From an uncultured Planctomycetia bacterium (GTDB taxonomy: Bacteria; Omnitrophota; Gorgyraeia; Tantalellales; Tantalellaceae), in assembly GCA_964580895.1 (NCBI GenBank), contig CAZOMD010000002.1, positions 17,886-72,839 of the forward strand: a stretch of DNA of 54,954 bases, written 5' to 3'. Under the pieces are notes generated by a model, which saw nothing but the letters and a program-made list of their open reading frames with translations, had not been told where the DNA came from and did not search any database. The stretch's first letter is position 1. The number at the start of each line of letters is the position of its first letter. Shown here in pieces: positions 1-7,445 of the stretch. The translations under genes were made by a program, and so were the position numbers.

Positions 1-1
1 C

Positions 2-139
2 GTGGAAGTGGATGCCAGTAAAGGCGAGATCGTTAAGAAAGGGCAGAAAACAACGTATAAATCAGAGGTGTTCCCTAAGTTTATCAAAGAGGTGATACGC
101 AAGGGCGGGCTGATAGAATGGGCAAAAAAGGAAAAATAA
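2..139 (+). CDS. leuD: 3-isopropylmalate dehydratase small subunit, C-terminal fragment (5' end outside window)
   Basis: Frame 2 reads ...VEVDASKGEIVKKGQKTTYKSEVFPKFIKEVIRKGGLIEWAKKEK and stops at TAA 137-139. This resembles the C-terminus of short-type LeuD, and it sits directly upstream of leuB. Confidence 0.5.
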   Translation: MEVDASKGEIVKKGQKTTYKSEVFPKFIKEVIRKGGLIEWAKKEK

Positions 140-152
140 GCCGGGAGGATAA

Positions 153-1202
153 ATGTATAAGATAGCGGTTATACCAGGGGATGGTACAGGTCCCGAGGTG
201 ATCAGAGAAGGTCTTAAGGTGCTGAACGCGGTCGGGAAAAAGAACGGGATAAAATACGAATTCATTAATTACGATCTTGGCGGGGAGCGCTATAAGAAGA
301 CGGGAGAGATACTCCCGGAAAGCGTTCTCAAAGAGATCCGTACAGTCGATGCGATATATCTTGGCGCTGTGGGGCACCCGGACGTTAAACCCGGGATACT
401 TGAACAGGGATTATTGCTAAAACTGCGGTTTTCTCTGGAGCAATACATCAACTTAAGACCGGTCAAACTTTATCCCGGTGTCTGGACTCCTGTTAAGGAC
501 AAGGGACCCGACGAGATAGACTTTGTTGTCGTAAGAGAGAACAATGAAGGGCTCTACGTAGGAGAGGGAGAGTTTATCGACAAAGGGACGCCGGAAGAAG
601 TAGCCTTGCAAATCTCGAGGAATACCCGTAAAGGAGTCGACCGGTGCCTTCGGTACGCGTTCGAGTATACGAAAAAACGCGCGAGAAGGAAAAAACTTAC
701 GCTGGTCGGGAAGACCAATGTGTTGACTTACGCTTTTGATCTGTGGGAAAGGGCTTTTAAGGACATGGCGAAGAAGTATCCGGACATAACTACCGATTAC
801 GCTCATGTTGACGCGACCTGCATGTGGATGATAAAGAACCCGGAATGGTTTGACGTGATCGTTACGGATAATATGTTCGGGGACATAATTACGGATCTCG
901 GGGCCATGATACAGGGCGGAATGGGTATAGCTGCCGGAGGGAACATCAATCCCGAAGGGGTATCGATGTTCGAGCCCATCGGGGGATCCGCTCCAAAATA
1001 TACCGGGAAAAATGTTATAAATCCGCTTGCGGCCATATGTGCCGGAGGGATGATGCTCGAGGCGCTTGGCGAAGATAAAGCCGCCGAGATGATCGAGAAA
1101 GCGGTAATGAAAGTTACGGCCACTAAACTGAAGAGCCTTTCGGCGGGTAAGATGGGGTTTTCAACACAGGAAGTCGGGGATCTTGTTGTGAACGCATTGT
1201 AA
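153..1202 (+). CDS. leuB: 3-isopropylmalate dehydrogenase (isocitrate/isopropylmalate dehydrogenase family)
   Basis: 349 aa. N-terminal IAVIPGDGTGPEV, plus RENNEGLY, DNMFGDIITDLGA and GGSAPKYTGKNVINP motifs. GGGAGG Shine-Dalgarno upstream; leuD context. Confidence 0.8.
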   Translation: MYKIAVIPGDGTGPEVIREGLKVLNAVGKKNGIKYEFINYDLGGERYKKTGEILPESVLKEIRTVDAIYLGAVGHPDVKPGILEQGLLLKLRFSLEQYINLRPVKLYPGVWTPVKDKGPDEIDFVVVRENNEGLYVGEGEFIDKGTPEEVALQISRNTRKGVDRCLRYAFEYTKKRARRKKLTLVGKTNVLTYAFDLWERAFKDMAKKYPDITTDYAHVDATCMWMIKNPEWFDVIVTDNMFGDIITDLGAMIQGGMGIAAGGNINPEGVSMFEPIGGSAPKYTGKNVINPLAAICAGGMMLEALGEDKAAEMIEKAVMKVTATKLKSLSAGKMGFSTQEVGDLVVNAL

Positions 1203-1253
1203 TGGTGTTTTTACACAGATTCCGTACAACAATACCTAAAACAAAGGAAAGGT

Positions 1254-2303
1254 ATGTTAAGGAAAAAAGAAAGATACAACGTTGCGGTAATGGGGGCGAC
1301 TGGCGCGGTGGGCGAACAATTCCTCCGAATACTTGAGGAGCGGAAGTTCCCGATAGAAAAGATAAAACTGCTCGCGAGCGAACGGTCAAAAGGGAAAAAG
1401 CTGGGGTTCCGCGGGAAAAGATATCCCGTGGAAGTACTGGGGAAAAAGTCTTTTGACGGTGTAGATATAGTACTCGCGTCGGCGGGGGCGTCAAGGAGTA
1501 AGGAGTTTTTACCTTTTGCCGTCGCCTCCGGAGCGGTCTGTGTCGACAACTCAAGCGCTTTCCGTATGGATAAGGATGTCCCGCTGGTAGTTCCGGAAGT
1601 CAATTCCCATGCCATAAAACGGCACAAGGGGATAATCGCCAATCCGAACTGTTCGACCATCCAAATGATGCTTCCGGTATGCGCGATAAAAAAAGCCGTA
1701 GGCGTCAAGAGGATAGTTGTGACGACCTTCCAGTCGGTTTCGGGAGCCGGGCAGGGCAATATACTAGAAATGGAAAGCCAAGCGGCTGGGATAAGCGCGA
1801 AGAAATCTTATTACGCCGTTGGTAAACATACCGCGGCCAGGAAGTCGATAAACAAATTCCAACACCAGATAGCGTTTAATCTCATACCGCAGATAGACGT
1901 TTTCACCGATAATTATTACACTAAGGAAGAGATGAAGATGGTGGACGAGACTCGCAAGATACTTGAGGACCAGAAGATCGGCGTAACAGCTACCTGTGTC
2001 AGGGTACCCGTCTATTATTCTCATTCGGAAAGCGTTAACGTCGAGACGATCAAAAAAATAAGTCGGGAAGAGGTCCTCGAGCTTCTGGAAAAATTCCCGG
2101 GTATTACCGTAATGGATGATCCCCAAAAGGGTGTATATCCAATGCCGGTCCAGGTTGAAGGGAAAGATAACGTGTTCGTAGGCCGCGTCAGGGAAGATGA
2201 ATCCATCGAGAACGGTATTAATCTGTGGGTTGTCGCTGACAACCTCCGTAAGGGCGCGGCTCTCAATGCCGTGCAGATAGCGGAAAAACTTATTTCCGGA
2301 TGA
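1254..2303 (+). CDS. asd: aspartate-semialdehyde dehydrogenase
   Basis: 349 aa. VAVMGATGAVG Rossmann N-terminus, NPNCSTI active-site Cys motif, QSVSGAG, and C-terminal DNLRKGAALNAVQIAE. Confidence 0.9.
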   Translation: MLRKKERYNVAVMGATGAVGEQFLRILEERKFPIEKIKLLASERSKGKKLGFRGKRYPVEVLGKKSFDGVDIVLASAGASRSKEFLPFAVASGAVCVDNSSAFRMDKDVPLVVPEVNSHAIKRHKGIIANPNCSTIQMMLPVCAIKKAVGVKRIVVTTFQSVSGAGQGNILEMESQAAGISAKKSYYAVGKHTAARKSINKFQHQIAFNLIPQIDVFTDNYYTKEEMKMVDETRKILEDQKIGVTATCVRVPVYYSHSESVNVETIKKISREEVLELLEKFPGITVMDDPQKGVYPMPVQVEGKDNVFVGRVREDESIENGINLWVVADNLRKGAALNAVQIAEKLISG

Positions 2304-2397
2304 TCGGGCCAGGGTAGTTTAAAATAAAATGCGTTCTCTTTTTACCCCTTAAAGGGGCCTCGGATTTATCGGTATTACCTCATGACAGTGGTTTCCC

Positions 2398-3132
2398 ATG
2401 CGTAACATAAAACTTTTTTTATCCTATGACGGGACCAGTTATAAAGGATGGCAGCTTCAGGAGAACGGAAGGACCGTTCAGGAAGAGGTCGAAAAAGCTG
2501 TCAGGAGGGTTTTTAAAAAAAAGGTGAGGATCACCGGCGCAAGCAGGACGGATGCCGGGGTACATGCGCTTTCGCAGGTTGCGAACTTTAAAGTGTCTTC
2601 AAGGATACCTATAGAAAGGATCCCGGTCGCGCTCAACTCCGTTCTCCCCGAAGATATATTTGTGCTTGGCGCGGAAGAAGTTGGAGAGGATTTTAACGCG
2701 CGGTTTTCGGCGATATCCAAGATCTACAGATACCAGATATTCAATTCAAAAAAAAGGGATCCCTTCCGCAATAATTATTACTGGCGCATTTCATATTATC
2801 TTAACGTGGCACTTATGCGGGAAGAGGCCAAGACTCTTCTGGGAGAACATGATTTCAAATGTTTTCAAGCCAAAGACAAGCGAGAACGTTCTTCGGTGCG
2901 GGAGATAACAGCGCTAAATGTTACTAATAAAAAAGCAATAATCACAATTGAGATAGAAGCTAACGGGTTTCTTTACAATATGGTGAGAAATATCGTTGGC
3001 ACACTGGTAGATATTGGCAGGGGATACCTTAAGAAGGGGAGCTTAAAGGAGATATTAGAAGGGAAGGACAGAAAAAAAGCAGGTCCGACCGCTCCGCCTC
3101 AAGGGCTTTTTCTGATAAAGATAGCTTATTAA
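2398..3132 (+). CDS. truA: tRNA pseudouridine synthase A
   Basis: 244 aa. LSYDGTSYKGWQ, catalytic RTDAGVHA, and YNMVRNIVG motifs typical of TruA. Confidence 0.9.
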   Translation: MRNIKLFLSYDGTSYKGWQLQENGRTVQEEVEKAVRRVFKKKVRITGASRTDAGVHALSQVANFKVSSRIPIERIPVALNSVLPEDIFVLGAEEVGEDFNARFSAISKIYRYQIFNSKKRDPFRNNYYWRISYYLNVALMREEAKTLLGEHDFKCFQAKDKRERSSVREITALNVTNKKAIITIEIEANGFLYNMVRNIVGTLVDIGRGYLKKGSLKEILEGKDRKKAGPTAPPQGLFLIKIAY

Positions 3133-3140
3133 CCTGAATT

Positions 3141-3154
3141 CGCGGGAATAAATT
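3141..3154. repeat. direct repeat copy 1 (CGCGGGAATAAATT) at the left edge of the accessory insert
   Basis: Matches CGCGGAATAAATT at 4107-4119 with one indel. The adjacent CCTGAAT(T)CG also recurs at 4073-4081. Confidence 0.5.
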
Positions 3155-3418
3155 CAAGGATTAAAACGTTTTTTAGCAGATATAACCCTGAGTTTTGAGC
3201 ATAGCTTTGTAAGACAATAATTCCTAACATCTGGCAAATAAATGTCTAGGTCTCGCAACATCTTTAAATTAAATAAGTTAAATACTATTATATAAGGTAA
3301 AATTTTATCATATGTGGCTTTCTGATGTATTAATAATTAATCAGTTTTTAACATTATATTAACTACTAATTAACCTTATAAATATATACTTTAGGTGAAT
3401 TCGAAAGAGGAGGAAAAG

Positions 3419-4054
3419 ATGAAGTTCCATGGTAGAAAGAACATGAAAAGGGAATTGAAAAAAGTCGTGAATCTTTTTATCGTGGCTATAATCGTTTTCA
3501 ATGTTAATGTCACTGAGGCATTCGGTTCGCATGGAACTATATTGGCAACGGGTATGGATTATAATGTGCGCCAGGAAACGTTTAAGGCCGGCTCGGTATT
3601 TGTTTCGAGGCCTGCGGCGGCAGATGTCATGATCACGAATATATTGAGCGGCAACAATATCCGGTCGATAGAGGATTACGAAAGATGGCTTAACGCGAAC
3701 ATTTCATACAAACGTGACGGGGCGTCTGATGAATGGATCTCCCCGGAAGATATGATCGTCAGAAGGTCTGGGGACTGCGAGGATTACGCGTTTTTGAACG
3801 AGGCTATTCTGAATGTAATGGGATATGAGACAATGATAATGATCGTAGGCTATGACCGCGAGGACCATGCGATATGTGTGTTTAAAAAGGACGGGAATTA
3901 TTACTGTTTCGATAACGGCAAACTCATTGCAACTGAGGCGAGAACAGTTGAGGATTTCGCCGGGCACCTTTTCGCGAAATATGAAGGCAAGTATCTGGCG
4001 GAATTTGACCCGAATACGAAAGAGAGGACGATAGTAGTCGTTAATCACGCGTAA
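3419..4054 (+). CDS. secreted transglutaminase-like cysteine protease (BTLCP / LapG-like family)
   Basis: SGDCEDYAF (Cys), EDHAICVF (His) and CFDNG (Asp) in BTLCP order. N-terminal hydrophobic signal/anchor LFIVAIIVFNV. ATG 3419 is preceded by GAGGAGG; the track start at 3395 is GTG. An AT-rich 280-bp region lies upstream. Confidence 0.65.
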   Translation: MKFHGRKNMKRELKKVVNLFIVAIIVFNVNVTEAFGSHGTILATGMDYNVRQETFKAGSVFVSRPAAADVMITNILSGNNIRSIEDYERWLNANISYKRDGASDEWISPEDMIVRRSGDCEDYAFLNEAILNVMGYETMIMIVGYDREDHAICVFKKDGNYYCFDNGKLIATEARTVEDFAGHLFAKYEGKYLAEFDPNTKERTIVVVNHA

Positions 4055-4069
4055 TCTCAAGCGCGGTAT

Positions 4070-4681
4070 ATCCCTGAATCGGTAGAGGCGGAATAGTTTA
4101 GCTATCCGCGGAATAAATTGTATCGATGCATAGACCGTTAGAGCGTAAGCTGTCTTGGGTCTTCTTCCAGGGACGTAAAATTTTTTCCCGCGAAAAATTT
4201 TCCTCTACACTCGCCTCGCAACTCTCCTCGCCAAATTACAAATGGCTTTAGTGCTTGGTAACCCAACCATATCCTGATGGCTAAATATTATGGCTTCGGA
4301 GAGACCAAGCTTGCGAGGCTCATGAAGCCCTGTCAGAATACTCAAGGCAGCTTACATCTGAATGAGTTTTTGTCATATGTCCCATGGTGTTACTTTGAAC
4401 CGGACCTAGCATATTTTGAGCGGGGCGTCATGAGGCCGAAGCGGGCATGGTTCCCGAGCGGCATAAGCGAGGGAGAGCGAGGCCGAGTGCAGAGCGAAAT
4501 TTTCCTCGCAGGGGAAAATGAGCGTCCCTGCGAGAAGCATGCTAGGTCCGGTTCCACCAACCCGAAATGACATCAATCTTTTCCAAAGGACTAAACCGGT
4601 ACAAATACTCTCAAGAAGACTATTATTTAGAGGCGGGCTCCGATCGAAGCGGAGCGCCTCGATAGTTCAGGGATTTTTTTT
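4070..4681 (+). other. non-coding segment with nested long-range inverted repeats; candidate large structured RNA or composite palindromic element
   Basis: Outer pairing: 4070-4078/4666-4674 (9 bp) and 4086-4090/4655-4659. Inner long helix: 4168-4231 against 4467-4530. Crossing 16-bp perfect pairing: 4397-4412/4539-4554. Ends in T8 at 4674-4681. No credible ORF. Confidence 0.45.
4107..4119. repeat. direct repeat copy 2 (CGCGGAATAAATT)
   Basis: See 3141-3154. Together the two copies bracket the BTLCP gene. Confidence 0.5.
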
Positions 4682-4688
4682 AAAAAGC

Positions 4689-4721
4689 TTGACAAGTATG
4701 TAACAAGTATATATACTTGTT
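4689..4721 (+). promoter_or_regulatory. sigma-70 type promoter with overlapping 20-bp perfect palindrome (operator candidate)
   Basis: TTGACA (4689-4694), 17-nt spacer, TATACT (4712-4717). AACAAGTATATATACTTGTT (4702-4721) is a perfect palindrome, with an extra ACAAGTAT half-site at 4692-4699. Confidence 0.6.
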
Positions 4722-4746
4722 ATAGGCTTGTACAATATGGAGGAGT

Positions 4747-4938
4747 ATGTATCTAAAACGCAGGTTCCGGTTCAGTGCTACGGTATCCGATAGAGGGCAG
4801 ATATTTATACCTAAAGTTCTTCAGGACTATTTCCGGATACACAAAAGGGACAAGGTCGTTTTTATGGTACAGGAGAATGGTAGTGTTTTGTTCGAAAAAA
4901 AGGAGGGTGAAACTAATGGAAAAGACTCATACTCATAA
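4747..4938 (+). CDS. AbrB/MazE/SpoVT-family DNA-binding protein
   Basis: 63 aa. VSDRGQIFIPKVLQDYFRIHKRDKVVFMVQENGSVLFEK matches the swapped-hairpin AbrB-type domain pattern. GGAGGA Shine-Dalgarno upstream. Confidence 0.75.
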   Translation: MYLKRRFRFSATVSDRGQIFIPKVLQDYFRIHKRDKVVFMVQENGSVLFEKKEGETNGKDSYS

Positions 4939-5089
4939 CGTAAATATCAATGATATGAGAAGAAGCAATAAGGTGGCAAATGACATGCTTTGCCGGGGGG
5001 TGTCAAAGGAGTCGGTGAAATATATATTCGAGAATTATTATCGGGATCAAGTAGGGGCTCTCTATCGAGTGGTCAAAAACGGGCGATAA
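4916..5089 (+). CDS. hypothetical 57-aa protein overlapping the AbrB-type gene by 23 nt
   Basis: ATG 4916 is preceded by AGGAGG at 4901-4906. It is the in-frame 3' part of track ORF 4775-5089. No family recognised. Confidence 0.4.
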   Translation: MEKTHTHNVNINDMRRSNKVANDMLCRGVSKESVKYIFENYYRDQVGALYRVVKNGR

Positions 5090-5299
5090 CAGGAGGGTTA
5101 TTTCCCCGGGAAATACCTCTATTGTCAGCGGATCTTGCCCAAGGTTGTTTTGACCGGAGCATCCTTATCCTTGACTTGAGTAAATTGTTATTGACAAATT
5201 ATTATAAATATGTTAATTTTAGCCTTCTATTAATGCCTTTTGTCTTATAGGGAACGAGCTTAAATACTGGCGTATAAACTCAAATAAAGGGTTAATGAT

Positions 5300-5731
5300 A
5301 TGAGAAAAACAGAGATGCGGAAAAAAAGCGAGGCCGCGCACGAGTGGTATATGATAGACGTGAGCGGGAAGGTTCTCGGACGTGCGGCTACGGAAATTTC
5401 GACACTTTTATCCGGTAAGAACCGCAGAGATTTTACTCCGAACGTTGATTGCGGGGCCGGGGTTATAGTCACAAATTGCGGGAAAATAAGATTGACCGGT
5501 GAAAAGGAAAGAACGAAGACCTATTCGTTCTACTCGGGATATCCCGGGGGATTGAAATATATTGATTTCACCAGCATGCTTAAAAAAGACCCGAAATACG
5601 CGGTTAGGCACGCGGTCAGGGGCATGCTGCCGAAGAGCAAACTTGGAGATAGGATGTTAAAGAGACTGAAGCTGTATGTGGGAAGTGAACACCCTCATTC
5701 GGCGCAGAAACCAAAAGAAAGAACAGCATAA
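5300..5731 (+). CDS. rplM: 50S ribosomal protein L13
   Basis: [25 protein letters not shown] and YSGYPGGLK motifs. The start could alternatively be ATG 5315. Confidence 0.95.
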   Translation: MRKTEMRKKSEAAHEWYMIDVSGKVLGRAATEISTLLSGKNRRDFTPNVDCGAGVIVTNCGKIRLTGEKERTKTYSFYSGYPGGLKYIDFTSMLKKDPKYAVRHAVRGMLPKSKLGDRMLKRLKLYVGSEHPHSAQKPKERTA

Positions 5732-5748
5732 TACTTTTTGGAGAGATC

Positions 5749-6144
5749 ATGGCAGAAATAATCGAATTTTCGGCGATCGGGAGGCGTAAAGAGTCAGTGG
5801 CCAGGGTAAGGCTTCGTCCCGGTAAAGGCGAAGTAAAAGTCAATAAGCGGTCCTTCGAGGATTATTTCCCCAGGGAAACTGACCGGCTTATTATAATGCA
5901 GCCTATCGAAAAAGCTGGTGTGAACGGCAAATTTGACGTATCCGCGACAATAGACGGCGGTGGGATAAGCGGGCAGGCCGGTGCGTTACGGCACGGTATC
6001 GCTAGGGCGCTTATTCTCTCCGATGCGGCTTTAAGGACCATATTAAAGAAATCCGGGTTTTTGACACGCGATCCTAGGGCGAAGGAACGGAAGAAGTATG
6101 GGCAGAAAAGAGCCCGTAAGCGCTTCCAGTTCTCCAAGCGCTAG
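5749..6144 (+). CDS. rpsI: 30S ribosomal protein S9
   Basis: 131 aa. [19 protein letters not shown], and the C-terminal [25 protein letters not shown] typical of S9. Confidence 0.95.
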   Translation: MAEIIEFSAIGRRKESVARVRLRPGKGEVKVNKRSFEDYFPRETDRLIIMQPIEKAGVNGKFDVSATIDGGGISGQAGALRHGIARALILSDAALRTILKKSGFLTRDPRAKERKKYGQKRARKRFQFSKR

Positions 6145-6175
6145 TATCCGGCATATTTTTTGGAAGAAAATGGAA

Positions 6176-6208
6176 GCAGGCCACAAGATAAGTGGCCTGC
6201 TTTTTTTT
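6176..6208 (+). terminator. rho-independent terminator after rpsI
   Basis: GCAGGCCAC / GTGGCCTGC 9-bp stem, 7-nt loop, followed by T8. Confidence 0.8.
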
Positions 6209-6237
6209 ATGAGCACATGACTTACGCGGCCGGAGGC

Positions 6238-6265
6238 GTAGGGGCGTATTGCAATACGCCCCTAC
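6238..6265. repeat. 28-bp perfect palindrome GTAGGGGCGTATTGCAATACGCCCCTAC, copy 1
   Basis: Identical copy at 23681-23708. Both lie just downstream of a gene end. Confidence 0.9.
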
Positions 6266-6307
6266 TTCAATAATGGCAAATGGTTATGTCGACGGTCTTA
6301 TTTTTTG

Positions 6308-6336
6308 TTGACATGGTATGTTGTTTAATTTATACT
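6308..6336 (+). promoter_or_regulatory. sigma-70 type promoter of the arg cluster
   Basis: TTGACA (6308-6313), 17-nt spacer, TATACT (6331-6336), about 65 nt upstream of argC. Confidence 0.6.
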
Positions 6337-6342
6337 TGGTGT

Positions 6343-6363
6343 TTTGATAAAAATATTATCAAA
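6343..6363. promoter_or_regulatory. A/T-rich palindrome TTTGATAA-AAATA-TTATCAAA; candidate arginine-repressor operator
   Basis: 8-bp perfect arms immediately downstream of the -10 element of the arg promoter. Loosely ARG-box-like (TGAATwwwwATTCA), but the spacing differs. Confidence 0.3.
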
Positions 6364-6399
6364 GGTATGATTACAGCAATTTAATGAGAGGGGCGAGAG

Positions 6400-7413
6400 A
6401 TGGTAAATGTCGCTATCGTTGGTGCCACCGGATATACGGGAGAAGAGCTTATTGATGTTCTTATCGGACATCCCCAAGTCAAGATCGATTCTCTTTCCGC
6501 TATAGTTGAGAAAGAGAAGAAATTCGCGGAACTTTATCCTAGGTTTGAAAAGAGGATAGACCTTATTTGCCGGAATCTCGATATCGAAAAGGTCGCGTCA
6601 GGCAGTGAGATAGTTTTTTTAGCTCTCCCGCACACCGTATCGATGAAAATAGCTCCGGAATTCCTGAAAAAGGGTAAAAAGGTGATAGACCTTAGCGCGG
6701 ATTACAGGCTTCCTGCGGATGTTTACGCGAAATGGTACGAGACGGCGCATTCCGATGAAGCTAACCTTAAAGAGGCGGTATACGGGCTTCCGGAACTTAA
6801 CCGTGAAAAGATCAAAAAAGCGAGGCTTATCTCCAATCCGGGTTGTTACCCGACAAGTGTCATTCTTGGATTGTTACCGGCCTTAAAAGGGTTGGGTGGC
6901 AAGGTTGAGGTTATTATTGCCGATTCAAAAAGCGGGGTTACCGGGGCAGGGAGGAAAGCCGCGATACCCCTTTTATTCGGAGAGGTTAGCGAGAACTTCA
7001 AGTGTTATAAAGCGAACGAGCATCAACATATGCCCGAGATGGAAAACGTGCTTTCAGCGGCATGCGGTAACACGGTAAATATGAATTTTGTGCCGCATCT
7101 ATTGCCCGTGAAAAGAGGGATACTTTCCACGATGTATGTACAGCCGGCAAAAGCGGTGGATGAGGAGAAGCTACATGCGGCGTACCGTGAGGCGTACAAG
7201 AACGAACCGTTCGTTAGGGTCCTTCCCCGGGGGGCTATGCCTCAGTTACAAGATGTTGTGGGAACCAATTATTGCGACATAGGGATAAAGGTGGCGAAAG
7301 GATTATTGATAATAGTTTCGGTCATTGATAATCTGCTTAAGGGCGCGAGCGGCCAGGCGGTGCAGAATATGAACATAATCATGGGTTTTGACGAAAAGAC
7401 CGGGTTGGCCTGA
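6400..7413 (+). CDS. argC: N-acetyl-gamma-glutamyl-phosphate reductase
   Basis: 337 aa. VAIVGATGYTGEEL N-terminus, SNPGCYPTS active-site Cys, DNLLKGASGQAVQNMN C-terminus. Confidence 0.9.
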   Translation: MVNVAIVGATGYTGEELIDVLIGHPQVKIDSLSAIVEKEKKFAELYPRFEKRIDLICRNLDIEKVASGSEIVFLALPHTVSMKIAPEFLKKGKKVIDLSADYRLPADVYAKWYETAHSDEANLKEAVYGLPELNREKIKKARLISNPGCYPTSVILGLLPALKGLGGKVEVIIADSKSGVTGAGRKAAIPLLFGEVSENFKCYKANEHQHMPEMENVLSAACGNTVNMNFVPHLLPVKRGILSTMYVQPAKAVDEEKLHAAYREAYKNEPFVRVLPRGAMPQLQDVVGTNYCDIGIKVAKGLLIIVSVIDNLLKGASGQAVQNMNIIMGFDEKTGLA

Positions 7414-7445
7414 ACGAGATAAAATGACAGAAGGGGAAACAAAAC

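Noticed and set aside
4055-4140. Integron attC-like site after the BTLCP gene
   Set aside because: GTTAGAG at 4138-4144 does not fit the GTTRRRY core. No paired RYYYAAC core and no IntI gene are present.
4277-4570. 97-aa plus-strand ORF inside the structured segment (also 4518-4703)
   Set aside because: It has no Shine-Dalgarno and an odd composition. It runs straight through the long inverted-repeat arms, so the open frame is better explained by chance in non-coding DNA.
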